From a bacterium (GTDB lineage Bacteria; Patescibacteriota; Patescibacteriia; UBA9934): DNA of 64,000 bases. Location: NCBI GenBank assembly GCA_027592325.1, contig JAQCKO010000004.1, positions 192-64,191 of the forward strand. Reading direction: 5' to 3'. A model generated the notes under the pieces. The model searched no databases, was not told the DNA's origin, and saw nothing but the letters and a program-made list of their open reading frames with translations. Below are positions 41,826-52,255 of the stretch, one piece after another. Made by a program: the position numbers and the translations under genes. Position 1 is the first letter of the stretch. Each line of letters begins with the position of its first letter.

Positions 41826-42938
41826 ATGGATGGTATCACAATTGTATTATTTGTCACGGTTTTATTGGCGCTGATAGCGATAATTGGACTATCATTAAAG
41901 AAACAGCGCGCTCCGAAGGAAGAAAATGAGATGCTGCAGCTCGTATTGCAATTACGAACGGAAATGCAGCAGTCTTCGGATGCACAGAGAAGGGAAGTTC
42001 AAGAACATCTCTCGAAAATAACTGACCGTTTGCATAATGGAATGTCCCAATCGCAAACATCGATGCAAAAACAATTCGAACAAACGTCAAAAATCATTCA
42101 AGACGTTACGGAAAAACTTGGAACACTCGAAAGTACAAACAAGCAAGTACTTGATTTTTCATCCCAGCTGAGAAATTTGCAAGATATTTTAAAGAATCCG
42201 AAACAAAGAGGGGTATTAGGGGAGTATTGGCTCGATACACTGCTTGCGAATGTGATGCCAACGAAGGATTTGTACCAAATGCAGTACACACTAGGAGAAG
42301 ATGAGAAAACGGGACAAAAGCTCATTGCGGATGCCGCTTTGTTTGTGAATGATCAAATCATTCCAATTGATGCAAAATTCACCCTTGAAAACTACAATCG
42401 CATGATGTCAGAACATGATCCAGAGCGTCGAGACAAGATTGAAAAGGAGTTTAAATCTGACGTAAAAAAACGTATTGACGAAACATCGAAATATATTCGT
42501 CCCGAGCTTGGGACAACAAATTTTGCCTTCATGTTCATTCCGGCTGAAGGGGTGTATTACAACTTGCTCAACGCGGAAGTAGGAAGTGGAGTAAATTCAA
42601 ACAATCTTGTTGAATACGCATTTACGAAGAATGTTATGCTTGTTTCGCCAACATCATTCTATGCCTACCTGCAAACTGTACTTATGGGTCTCAAAAAGTT
42701 AGAGATTGAAAAAAAGACTCAAGAGATAATAAAACGGGTGGGGGAATTAGATAAGCACATTACTTCTTATGCTGATATTCACCGAAGGTTAGGGAAGAAT
42801 TTAGCCACCGTCGTGAATCAATACGACCAATCAAGCGATGAATTGCGCAAAGTGCATAGGGACACATTGCGCATCACAAGCGGATCAACTGATGATATGA
42901 TTGAGTTTGATAGCACCCAGAAACCCGCCGTTGAATAG
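41826..42938 (+). CDS. rmuC: DNA recombination protein RmuC
   Basis: N-terminal TM helix, long coiled-coil and the C-terminal RmuC nuclease-like region. Confidence 0.75.
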   Translation: MDGITIVLFVTVLLALIAIIGLSLKKQRAPKEENEMLQLVLQLRTEMQQSSDAQRREVQEHLSKITDRLHNGMSQSQTSMQKQFEQTSKIIQDVTEKLGTLESTNKQVLDFSSQLRNLQDILKNPKQRGVLGEYWLDTLLANVMPTKDLYQMQYTLGEDEKTGQKLIADAALFVNDQIIPIDAKFTLENYNRMMSEHDPERRDKIEKEFKSDVKKRIDETSKYIRPELGTTNFAFMFIPAEGVYYNLLNAEVGSGVNSNNLVEYAFTKNVMLVSPTSFYAYLQTVLMGLKKLEIEKKTQEIIKRVGELDKHITSYADIHRRLGKNLATVVNQYDQSSDELRKVHRDTLRITSGSTDDMIEFDSTQKPAVE

Positions 42939-42969
42939 GTCAACTTCGGGTGCGAAAACCCCTGGCCCA

Positions 42970-43004
42970 AACAAAATAGAGGCTTTCGCCTCTATTTTGT
43001 TTTC
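42970..43004. terminator. bidirectional terminator between rmuC and rpsT
   Basis: aaaatagaggc-tttc-gcctctatttt hairpin with A-run upstream and T-run downstream. Confidence 0.75.
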
Positions 43005-43267
43005 ACTTCAATCTTTTTGAGCTTCGACGCCATTCGTGAGAGAAGACGTGAACCCTTATTTGTCTTGAAGATACCTACCTTTACGGCTTTGTCGATTTTC
43101 TTCTGAAGCGTTGGATAAAGCATTTTTGCTTCATCGAGCTTTGCAGCTTCAACCAGCTTTCGGAAATTTCGGCGCAAAGAAGCGATTTCATCTCGCTTCA
43201 CTTTATTGCGCGCTGCGCGACGATCATTTTGTCGGAGCGCTTTTTTTGCTTGCGCAAGATTTGGCAT
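42992..43267 (-). CDS. rpsT: 30S ribosomal protein S20
   Basis: MPNLAQAKKALRQNDRRAARNKVKRDEI... Confidence 0.85.
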   Translation of the reverse strand: MPNLAQAKKALRQNDRRAARNKVKRDEIASLRRNFRKLVEAAKLDEAKMLYPTLQKKIDKAVKVGIFKTNKGSRLLSRMASKLKKIEVKTK

Positions 43268-43346
43268 AGTTTGTTCTGTATTTGTTCGTTAGTGAGAGCA
43301 TGAACAAATTGAGACTCGGCCATGGTAGCGGAAAGCACTCCTGGCG

Positions 43347-44300
43347 TCAAGCTGCAAGCATACCAATGACAATACGATCAACTGCCAAATCGGCTGAAAT
43401 GAATCCCGATTTTACACGATCGTCACTACTGAACAGACATTCATGAAGCGCACGCAAGCGTCCTTCATCAAATAGGGTAGCTTGTTTCATGAGTTTAGCT
43501 CGTAGAAATGGTGGCACCGCGAGCGAAGACTCATCTTCCTTGTGCGCTAATGCAGATTTTGCTTGTAGGAGTAAACGAACCTGACGAATGAGCATGGAAA
43601 GCAACTGAATATCTGAAGAACCATAGAGTCTTTGCCGTTGTAGAAGGTGCAGTGCTTGCTTACTGCGTTTTTCTGAGATTGCATCCATTAGTGCGAACAT
43701 GTCATCCATTGCTGAATGACTTGAAAGTGCTTGAAATAGCCGATCATCCACGACGTTCTGCGTAGCAGCCGCTGCGAGCTTGTGCAATTCTGCATGTAAA
43801 GCCCACATGTCATTGTGTGTTCCGCTCATCACCGCCGATATCTGCTCCGATGTAAGTCGAAGGTGTAACCGCTCAAGCTCTGTTTCTACATGCACACGAA
43901 GTCGGGATGACGAGAGCGGGGGAAACGCATATTCAATCACGCCTTCAGTCATTTTCATGGCCTTGTAAAACGGCGATTTGGAGCATTTTTCTATAGGAAG
44001 ACTAGTAAAAACAATGCATATAACATCGTCTGGAAGAGAAGATAGTAGCTCAAGCCAATGACGATATTCGGGCTTTGTTGTGATCGAGGTGAACATATTT
44101 CGCAACACCACAAAACGCTTCTCGGACAGAAATCCTTGTGACAACAATGCCTGACGCGCATCGCCAAGGCCATTTTTCGTTACTTCAATACTGTGAATAT
44201 TGATGCCTGATGGATCAAATTTATCTGCAAAAGCCTTGCGCAATTGTGCAAGTTTCTTAAGGCTAAAAAACGTATTGGTGCCCGAAATCAGAATCAACAT
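43347..44300 (-). CDS. holA: DNA polymerase III delta subunit (clamp-loader)
   Basis: 317-aa alpha/beta then helical layout typical of HolA; position adjacent to polA and rpsT. Confidence 0.5.
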   Translation of the reverse strand: MLILISGTNTFFSLKKLAQLRKAFADKFDPSGINIHSIEVTKNGLGDARQALLSQGFLSEKRFVVLRNMFTSITTKPEYRHWLELLSSLPDDVICIVFTSLPIEKCSKSPFYKAMKMTEGVIEYAFPPLSSSRLRVHVETELERLHLRLTSEQISAVMSGTHNDMWALHAELHKLAAAATQNVVDDRLFQALSSHSAMDDMFALMDAISEKRSKQALHLLQRQRLYGSSDIQLLSMLIRQVRLLLQAKSALAHKEDESSLAVPPFLRAKLMKQATLFDEGRLRALHECLFSSDDRVKSGFISADLAVDRIVIGMLAA

Positions 44301-44328
44301 ATTGACATCTTAGCAGAAAATGCCTCTG

Positions 44329-46899
44329 CTAAACAGGATTCATGTCACCCCAATTTTGCCCAATCTTTACAGTGACTGCTAGCGGTATTTCAAACGTATG
44401 AATGCCGCGCATCACCTCCTCAATTTTTTCAGCCGCGCGACCAATGTCATCGTCTTTTACTTCTAGAACTAGTTCATCATGCACCTGAAGAAGCATGACT
44501 GCATCAACGTCTGCATGTTTCAGCCACTCTGCGAGCTCAATCATGGCCATTTTAATGAGATCAGCTTGTGTTCCTTGCATGGGCATATTCACCGCCATGC
44601 GCTCCGCTGCCGCACGAAGCATTGGCACATTCGATGCAGCTTCAGGTAAATACCGTTTGCGTCCGAACAGCGTTTCTACATACCCATCCTCATGTACTTT
44701 GGCTTTCATCTTGTCAATATACGCTTTCAAGCCATGATGAATATCGAAATACCTTTCTATGAATGCCTTTGCTTCTTTTATTGTAAAGCCTGTCGATTTT
44801 GCAAGACTATGTGCACCCATGCCATACAGAATTCCGAAATTGATCGCTTTTGCAGCTCGGCGCTGATCTGTTGTAACCTCGTCCTCTTTAAGTCCAAGCA
44901 CCTCGGCAGCAGTACGCGTATGAATATCCGCCCCATCTTTAAACGCTTGTAAAAATGCTTGGTCCTTGGACAAAATAGAAGCTAATCGCAATTCAATTTG
45001 CGAAAAATCTGCCGCAATCAATTTATATCCACTCTTTGCAACGAAGGCTTTGCGTATTTCACGACCAAGCTCGGTACGAATCGGGATATTTTGTAAATTC
45101 GGATTATTCGAAGAAAGTCGCCCGGTTGCAGCTACGGTTTGATCAAATGTTGTATGAATGCGACTGTCTTCATCTACAAGGGTTGGCAGCACATCGACAT
45201 ATGTTGATTTAAGCTTTGTGAGCTCACGATACTCTGAAATTTTCGGTATGATTGGATGTGATTCCCAAAGCTTTTCTAATTCACTCGCCGCTGTTGAATA
45301 ACTCGTTTTTGTACGTTTAATCCGCGTTGTCGGGAGGCCGAGCGTATCAAATAGGATATCTGCAAGTTGGGAAGGGGAGGCGATATTGAATTCATGTCCC
45401 GCAAGTTGATGAATGTCTCCCGCGAGCACATCAATGTGCGTTCCGAGCTGCTCTGACATAATTCCAAGCATGTTCTTATCGAGAAGTATGCCGGTTGATT
45501 CCATTTCAACAAGCACGTGCGCGAGAGGCATTTCAATCGTCTCCGATAATTGTTTCATGCCTTCTTCTTCTAGCGTGCGTTCTAAATGCCTCGCAAGTTC
45601 CTGAAGTGCCCCAATTGCGGCATCATCATCCATGTTTACCGCCTTGCCAAGATATTCATTCGTAAGCGTATCAAAATCAAAATTACGCGATGCCGAAGAA
45701 AGCAAGTACGCGGCGATTTTTACATCGAAAAGCGGCGTTTCAAACGGTTGAAGTGCATGCATGAGTCGCTTTGCATCATGCGTCACAATACGTTTCGCTC
45801 GATCCAGAAGTCTTACTACCGTCTTTGTCGAACTTGCGTCTACCTTCGCGGTGCGCCTTCCATCTGAAAGGATCAGATGAAGGACTGATCCGAAAAGCGT
45901 TTCATCTTGTGTCTGCAATAATACAAATACATCGCCAGCATCGCTGAGTGTTTCTAAAGGAACAAACGTCATTTTTTTCTGCAGCTTGGCATCTTCCACG
46001 TAATCTACACCCGATTCTCCGCCCTCATATCGCGCGAGTAACGACCGAAACTCCAGCTCACGAAATGCGGTACGAAGCGCATCTGCATCTGGTTCTTGCA
46101 CGCGTGCATGTTCTAACGCAAAATCAATGTCGACATTCTTCACAATAGTCACCAGGTGGCGCATCTCCTCGACACGTCGTTCCTGTCCGCGGAATTTCTT
46201 TGCAAACTTTTCCGGCACGTTATCTGCCTCTATCGCCTTGTAAATCTTTTCAATACTTCCGTGCTCAGCAAGAAGTGTTTCCGCCGTTTTCTTTCCTATA
46301 CCGGCCAAACCAGGAATATTGTCAGAGCTATCTCCCATGAGCGCCTTCATATCGATAAGCTGCGAAGGCAATAAACCATAGCGCTCTTTCACCGCCGCAA
46401 TGTCATACGTCTTGGTCTGCGAAAGGCCCTTCAAGAAGGTAAGCACTTCAATATCTTCATCCACCAGCTGGAGGGCATCTAGATCGCCAGTCAAAATTAC
46501 AACTTTCACATTAGGATCTTTCGGTCCGTATTGTTTCGCGAGCGTTCCGATAATGTCGTCGGCTTCAAACCCCGGCTTTGATAGGCAGGGAATACGATAG
46601 TGCCCTAGGAGTTCTTTAATAAGGTCTATTTGCTCATAGAGCTCTGGCTCCTTTTTCTCACGCGTACCCTTATAATCTTTATATGCCTCGTGACGAAATG
46701 TTCCGCCAGGAAGATCCCATACCGCAGCCATATATTTTGGCGAGAACTTCTCACGCATTTTTTCGACGGTAGTGATGAACCCATAGGCGGCATTTACCAC
46801 GCGTCCATCGGCTGTTGTAAGTGGTGGGATGGCATGCCAGGCGCGATGCAGGAGGGCATTTGCGTCAATGATCAAAAAGAGGTCTTTTTTCTTGGGCAT
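44329..46899 (-). CDS. polA: DNA polymerase I
   Basis: MPKKKDLFLIIDANALLHRAWHA 5'-3' exonuclease N-terminus; C-terminal RRAAKAINFGILYG and VHDELVLE polymerase motifs. Confidence 0.9.
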   Translation of the reverse strand: MPKKKDLFLIIDANALLHRAWHAIPPLTTADGRVVNAAYGFITTVEKMREKFSPKYMAAVWDLPGGTFRHEAYKDYKGTREKKEPELYEQIDLIKELLGHYRIPCLSKPGFEADDIIGTLAKQYGPKDPNVKVVILTGDLDALQLVDEDIEVLTFLKGLSQTKTYDIAAVKERYGLLPSQLIDMKALMGDSSDNIPGLAGIGKKTAETLLAEHGSIEKIYKAIEADNVPEKFAKKFRGQERRVEEMRHLVTIVKNVDIDFALEHARVQEPDADALRTAFRELEFRSLLARYEGGESGVDYVEDAKLQKKMTFVPLETLSDAGDVFVLLQTQDETLFGSVLHLILSDGRRTAKVDASSTKTVVRLLDRAKRIVTHDAKRLMHALQPFETPLFDVKIAAYLLSSASRNFDFDTLTNEYLGKAVNMDDDAAIGALQELARHLERTLEEEGMKQLSETIEMPLAHVLVEMESTGILLDKNMLGIMSEQLGTHIDVLAGDIHQLAGHEFNIASPSQLADILFDTLGLPTTRIKRTKTSYSTAASELEKLWESHPIIPKISEYRELTKLKSTYVDVLPTLVDEDSRIHTTFDQTVAATGRLSSNNPNLQNIPIRTELGREIRKAFVAKSGYKLIAADFSQIELRLASILSKDQAFLQAFKDGADIHTRTAAEVLGLKEDEVTTDQRRAAKAINFGILYGMGAHSLAKSTGFTIKEAKAFIERYFDIHHGLKAYIDKMKAKVHEDGYVETLFGRKRYLPEAASNVPMLRAAAERMAVNMPMQGTQADLIKMAMIELAEWLKHADVDAVMLLQVHDELVLEVKDDDIGRAAEKIEEVMRGIHTFEIPLAVTVKIGQNWGDMNPV

Positions 46900-47615
46900 A
46901 GTGGGGGGGTATAGGGGTAGGGTATAGCCCGGCTTGTCACATTGCAAGCGCGCTCAGTTCGGTTAAATGATAAAATCGATCTATTCGCGAGCAATGCAGC
47001 TGTCTACAAAAAAAGAACGTCCCTAGCCCACGAGGGGTCAGAGACGTTATTGTCCCATGCAACTATGGGTCCGCTAGGAACGCTGGCCGTCTGGGCGATC
47101 GTCGGGCGTGGGCGGCTCGCAATCAGAGCCGATGTTCGCAATTTGGGCACAGCCGGGCGGCGGCGAGTCCGGTGTACCGTGGTTGTCGTCACCGCGCGAT
47201 TCTGCGACTTTACCTTCGGCATAAACCGCATGTAGAAGCTCGCTCCAGGCACCAGGGTCGCGGGTTGGGTCGGGTAGTCTGGTTCGATTCACGGGCACAG
47301 GTGCTCCAAAGCGTGACGCGTACACGCATGGAGGTTGATTGTCATCTGAAACCCATCGCGGGCAACATGTGACGGTTCACCTTCTGAAGGTAGAACTCGT
47401 AGAGGTTAGCAGAAAAACCGCAAGTCATCAGAGCGGCCCAGAAAGTAAAGGCAACCGAGTGCGTAGCCCATTCCGCGCATCGGCATGTGACGCGCAATCT
47501 TCAGTAAATCATGAGCCCTCAATACTCATTCAGGCGAACTGGGACAAGCTCATGCCGCCACACTTGATTTTTCTTTCAAAATGCGCTATCATATTGCCAC
47601 CGATTCACAAATGAA

Positions 47616-47692
47616 GCGCCCGTAGCTCAACTGGATAGAGCGAGAGGGTTCTAACCTCGAGGTTGGGGGTTCGAGTCCTCCCGGGCGCACCA
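47616..47692 (+). tRNA. tRNA-Arg (TCT), CCA encoded
   Basis: GCGCCCGTAGCTCAACTGGATAGAGC ... anticodon loop TTCTAA ... GGTTCGAGTCC ... CGGGCGCACCA. Confidence 0.85.
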
Positions 47693-47700
47693 GACAATAT

Positions 47701-47776
47701 GGTGGCTATGGTGAAACGGTTATCACGGCGGTTTGTGGTACCGCTATTACGGGTTCGATTCCCGTTAGCCACCCCA
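47701..47776 (+). tRNA. tRNA-His (GTG) with encoded G-1 and CCA
   Basis: G-1 then GTGGCTA ... anticodon stem-loop GCGGT-ttGTGgt-ACCGC ... GGGTTCGATTCCC ... TAGCCAC-C-CCA. Confidence 0.85.
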
Positions 47777-47811
47777 TGAAAAAACCTCCCATTCGGGAGA
47801 TTTTTTTCGTT

Positions 47812-48714
47812 TTATCCATGAAATTTTTTATGCACATCATGAAGATGCTTGTCGGTGACATGCGTGTAAATCTGTGTTGTTGTGATTGATTCATGTCCGA
47901 GCATCGCTTGTACGGAGCGAATATCGGCGCCATTTTGTAGCAAATTCGTTGCAAAAGTATGCCGAATCACATGCGGGGTGATTTTTTTTGTAATACCTGC
48001 TTCCGTTGCCGCACGCTCAACGACACGCTGAACCGTTCGCGGAGTAATTCCACGAACCTCTCGACCTTCTTTTGCTCGATCATGCGAAACAAAGAGTGCA
48101 GGTGAGATATCATTTCGTGCATCTAAGTACGTGTTGAGGGTCTTTTTTGCTTCTGGCGAGAGAAAAACAACCCTATGCTTACTGCCTTTTCCGGTAATCG
48201 TAAACTCGTCCCGTTTTAAATTGATATTTTCGATTTGCAGTGATGTTAGCTCTGAAACACGCATGCCGGTCGAAAATAAAAGCTCGGCAATTGCTTTATT
48301 ACGAAGCCCGATCAACCCGTCGATACTTGAGGCCGCCTGCACAAGTCTGGCAAGTTCATCACGATCCAAATGCTCAACACGCCGTGACTCATGTTTTGCA
48401 AGCTCAATTTGCTCTGGAGGAAGGCTTTTTACATTGTTTTTCGCTAAATACTTGAGAAAAGCCCGAAGTGCTATCAAATGATAGTTTTGTGTGGTTTTCT
48501 TCAGATTCACATCATCGCGACCCTCAATATTACGGTTCAAGTGAAGTCGATATCTGCGGATGATGTCTTGAGAAATATTTACAGGATTAGGATTCGAAGC
48601 GAATTCCCCGAATCTTCGCAGATAAAAATCATAGTTTTGAATTGTTTTTTGGCTACGCCCACGCTCAATTTCAAGATACTCTAAAAAACGTTGACGATAC
48701 GCATCGAAGGTCAT
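47812..48714 (-). CDS. tyrosine recombinase XerC/XerD family (intact)
   Basis: 300 aa; ...[39 protein letters not shown] with R-H-R-Y catalytic residues; adjacent to tRNA-Arg and tRNA-His. Confidence 0.85.
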   Translation of the reverse strand: MTFDAYRQRFLEYLEIERGRSQKTIQNYDFYLRRFGEFASNPNPVNISQDIIRRYRLHLNRNIEGRDDVNLKKTTQNYHLIALRAFLKYLAKNNVKSLPPEQIELAKHESRRVEHLDRDELARLVQAASSIDGLIGLRNKAIAELLFSTGMRVSELTSLQIENINLKRDEFTITGKGSKHRVVFLSPEAKKTLNTYLDARNDISPALFVSHDRAKEGREVRGITPRTVQRVVERAATEAGITKKITPHVIRHTFATNLLQNGADIRSVQAMLGHESITTTQIYTHVTDKHLHDVHKKFHG

Positions 48715-49059
48715 ATACCAATAGTGTATCAGGGGGCAGGGGTTAAGGGATAGGGTTCACCTTTGTCATGGCGTGGAATGCAGCACGAAGTAATGGATGC
48801 GAAATATCGCCGCCACGGGCCAATCGGTGAGATTCCTTAGATAGTGAGGCAACCACGGACCAGTGTGACGGGTACCTGCCGGTACGTTGAATGAGGGCCT
48901 GAGATTAAGGCTAAAAATGCAGTGATTTACATGTCTCTCCCGTTGACAAAAACCACCGTATCGAGTACATTCGTGCTATAATTCATTCACTAATATAGCT
49001 GTTCGCCACGGCCTTGCCGCTGCCTAGCGCTTTGCTGCGACGATCAGACGAAATCACGT

Positions 49060-49338
49060 ATGCTTCCAAAGGCAAAAAAACAGCGACTTATCACAAAGTA
49101 TAAGACGCACGAGAACGATACAGGTTCACCGCAAGTACAAATTGCTATTCTTACCGCGGAGATAAAAGAGCTTACAGGTCACCTTCGTACGCATAAGAAG
49201 GACTTTAGCTCAAGGCGCGGTCTCCTCAAGAAAGTTGTGGAGCGTCGTCGGCTCATGAAGTACCTCGGGCGTGAAAATCCGAAGGCGCTCAAAGAGCTTG
49301 CAGAAGCCCTAAAACTTCGCATTTCTAACGAATCATAA
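49060..49338 (+). CDS. rpsO: 30S ribosomal protein S15
   Basis: ...GSPQVQIAILTAEIKELTGHLRTHKKDFSSRRGLLKKVVERRRLMKYL. Confidence 0.9.
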   Translation: MLPKAKKQRLITKYKTHENDTGSPQVQIAILTAEIKELTGHLRTHKKDFSSRRGLLKKVVERRRLMKYLGRENPKALKELAEALKLRISNES

Positions 49339-49374
49339 GTAGTCGGGGCCTTCGGGTCCCGTTTACTGTTTACT

Positions 49375-49884
49375 TTGACTATGCTTGTCACAAAAAATCG
49401 GCGCGTTGGTGTTTTCATCGATGTGCAAAACATGTACTATTCTGCGCGAAATATTTTCAACGCAAAAGTCCATTTCTCTAATATTGTTCGTCATACAAGT
49501 GATAACGAACTCCTGGTCCGAGCGATCGCCTATAGTATTTCTACAGAAGGTGGAGAAGAGCAAGCGTTTTTTTCTGCTCTAGAAAAAAGCGGTATTGAAG
49601 TCGTTTCAAAGGACCTACAAGAGTTTAGCTCTGGGAGCAAAAAAGGTGATTGGGACGTTGGAATCACTGTCGATATTGCGCGCATGCTCGAAATGCTTGA
49701 CATTGTTGTGCTTGTCTCAGGTGATGGAGACTTTGTTCCGCTCGCGGACTATGTGCGAAGTCGTGGGCGAATTTTCCACTGCGCAAGTTTTCGGGAATCA
49801 ACCTCTAGTCTACTCATAGAAGCCTCAGATCTCTACACAAATCTCTCGCTTGACCAAGATCAATTTCTGATCAAAAACGATTAA
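49375..49884 (+). CDS. NYN-domain (LabA-like) predicted RNase
   Basis: RRVGVFIDVQNMYYSARN ... VLVSGDGDFVPLADYVR PIN/NYN acidic-residue pattern; inserted between rpsO and pnp. Confidence 0.65.
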   Translation: MTMLVTKNRRVGVFIDVQNMYYSARNIFNAKVHFSNIVRHTSDNELLVRAIAYSISTEGGEEQAFFSALEKSGIEVVSKDLQEFSSGSKKGDWDVGITVDIARMLEMLDIVVLVSGDGDFVPLADYVRSRGRIFHCASFRESTSSLLIEASDLYTNLSLDQDQFLIKND

Positions 49885-49968
49885 TCCTCTGAGCGCTGCT
49901 TTAAGGCGGCGCGAGTGATCGATTAATTCATCGGTCTCAAATTCGAAAACCGCTTTCAGGTTTTTCAT

Positions 49969-52254
49969 TTGGGACTGATAAGTTCATATATGCAGCAAAA
50001 ACGCTATACGGCTGAGTTCGCCGGTAAGGAACTCATTATTGAAACAGGCAAGTTCGCAATGAATACGAATGCAAGCGTGACGGTACAAATGGGCGACACG
50101 CTCGTCCTCGTGACCGCCGTTATGTCAAGCAGTGTCCGAGATGGCATGAATTATCTCCCGCTCATGGTTGACTACGAAGAGAAAATGTACGCGGCAGGAC
50201 GCATTAAAGGCTCACGATTTATTAAGCGAGAAGGACGTCCGACAGACGAAGCCGTTCTCGTTGCCCGGTTTATTGATCGCGCCTTGCGTCCACTCTTTAA
50301 TGACAGACTCCGCAACGATGTACAAATCATTGTGACCGTTCTCTCATTTGATGGCGAAAATGATCCTGATATTCTTGGACTCATTGGGGCAAGCTGCGCC
50401 CTTCATATGAGTGACATCCCTTGGAATGGACCGATTGGGGCGATTCGCGTGAGTAAAGCAGGAGATGAATGGCTATTTAACGCTGGCTATGAAGCGCGAG
50501 GGAACGCAGAATTTAGTCTCGATATTGCAGGGACATCAGAGAAAATTGTCATGATTGAAGCAGAAGGAAACGAGGCAAAAGAAGACGATGTTCTGCGCGC
50601 ATTCGAGCATGGACGACGCGAAATGCAAGCAGTGACAGACCTCATTGTACACATACGCGATGATATTGGTAAGGAAAAAGTGCTCCCGTTCGAGCCACAG
50701 TCGGAGGAGCAAAAAGCAAAGCATGAGGAACTTACAAAACTCGAAGAAACAGCCTATGCATTTGCCGTACCTCGCATTGATGAATTATTCTATAAGACCC
50801 CCCTTGCAACAAAGGCTGAGAAAAATGCAGCAAAAACACAGCTTGCGCACGACATAGAGGCACATTTAATTGAGGCGGGGTTTGATGCATCTCTTGCATC
50901 GCGGGCATACGGATTCGCCTATGATTTTCTGTACACAGAAGCAACGCGCCGCATTTTGAAGGAAGATCGCCGTATTGATGGACGAGCACTTACCGAAATT
51001 CGGCCACTTATGATTGAAGCGGGCGTACTTCCACGCGTTCATGGTTCAGGACACTTCCTCCGCGGTGAAACGCAAGCGCTTACCGTTTGCACGCTTGGCG
51101 CGCCTGGTGACGCACAAGTTCTCGATGGAATGGAAACCGTGTCTGAAAAGCGCTACATGCATCACTATAACTTTCTTCCGTTTTCTGTCGGGGAGGCGAA
51201 GCCGCTCCGTGGTCCCGGGCGACGTGAAATTGGTCATGGAACGCTCGCAGAAAAGGCACTCGAGCCTGTTCTTCCCGAAAAAGCAGACTTTCCTTACACC
51301 ATCCGTCTTGTTTCTGAAACATTAAGCTCGAATGGATCTAGCTCGATGGCCTCTACCTGCGGATCAACCCTCGCGCTCATGGATGCAGGTGTGCCAATTA
51401 AAAAACCTGTTGCCGGAATCGCAATGGGACTTGCTTCGGACGGAACAAGCTGGAAAGTGCTCACTGATCTTCAAGACATCGAAGACGGAAAGGGTGGGAT
51501 GGATTTTAAAATCACCGGAACACGCGACGGCATTACCGCGATTCAAATGGATACAAAAACAGACGGGCTCACGCACGAAATCATTGAGGCGACACTTTCG
51601 CAGGCGCTTACAGCGCGTCTTACTATCCTCGAAAAAATGCAGGCTGTTATTAGTGAGCCGCGCAAAGAGCTCTCTCCACATGCGCCGCGCATTCTCTCTT
51701 TGACCATAAACCCAGAAAAGATTCGTGAGGTTATTGGCTCTGGCGGAAAAACCATCAATGAAATCATTGAAACCACCGGCGTAGATTCCATCGATATTGA
51801 ACAAGATGGAACCGTCATGATTACGTCGTCAAATGGACCTGCGGCTGAACAGGCTCGAAATTGGATCGAAGATCTTACCTCAGAACTTGAAAAAGGGAAG
51901 CAATACGAAGGGACCGTAAGCCGTATTATGGATTTCGGAGCCATTGTCTCTGTTGGTGCAAACAAAGATGGTATGGTGCATGTTTCTGAGCTTGCACCGT
52001 ATCGTGTTGGTAAAGTAGAGGATATTGTGAAAATGGGCGACACTGTGCAAGTAAAGGTGCTTGATGTCGAAGCGAATGGGCGCGTGAGCCTTTCTATGAA
52101 GCAAGCAGAGGGCAATACCTTCCCTGAGGCGCCAAAACGCGAAGAACGGCACGAAGGAGAACAAGGACGAGCTTCGCGATCAAATGGTGCTGCGCGTGGC
52201 GATCATAAAAAACACACCAAACCACCACAACGCCGCCGACCATTCGGCAATTAG
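49969..52254 (+). CDS. pnp: polynucleotide phosphorylase
   Basis: 761 aa; two RNase PH domains, KH and S1 domains, Lys/Arg-rich tail. Confidence 0.9.
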   Translation: MGLISSYMQQKRYTAEFAGKELIIETGKFAMNTNASVTVQMGDTLVLVTAVMSSSVRDGMNYLPLMVDYEEKMYAAGRIKGSRFIKREGRPTDEAVLVARFIDRALRPLFNDRLRNDVQIIVTVLSFDGENDPDILGLIGASCALHMSDIPWNGPIGAIRVSKAGDEWLFNAGYEARGNAEFSLDIAGTSEKIVMIEAEGNEAKEDDVLRAFEHGRREMQAVTDLIVHIRDDIGKEKVLPFEPQSEEQKAKHEELTKLEETAYAFAVPRIDELFYKTPLATKAEKNAAKTQLAHDIEAHLIEAGFDASLASRAYGFAYDFLYTEATRRILKEDRRIDGRALTEIRPLMIEAGVLPRVHGSGHFLRGETQALTVCTLGAPGDAQVLDGMETVSEKRYMHHYNFLPFSVGEAKPLRGPGRREIGHGTLAEKALEPVLPEKADFPYTIRLVSETLSSNGSSSMASTCGSTLALMDAGVPIKKPVAGIAMGLASDGTSWKVLTDLQDIEDGKGGMDFKITGTRDGITAIQMDTKTDGLTHEIIEATLSQALTARLTILEKMQAVISEPRKELSPHAPRILSLTINPEKIREVIGSGGKTINEIIETTGVDSIDIEQDGTVMITSSNGPAAEQARNWIEDLTSELEKGKQYEGTVSRIMDFGAIVSVGANKDGMVHVSELAPYRVGKVEDIVKMGDTVQVKVLDVEANGRVSLSMKQAEGNTFPEAPKREERHEGEQGRASRSNGAARGDHKKHTKPPQRRRPFGN

Positions 52255-52255
52255 T

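Noticed and set aside
47230-47320. Possible tmRNA tRNA-like domain (ggttcgattc motif)
   Set aside because: No matching acceptor stem and no CTCCACCA end. The T-arm-like motif does not pair.
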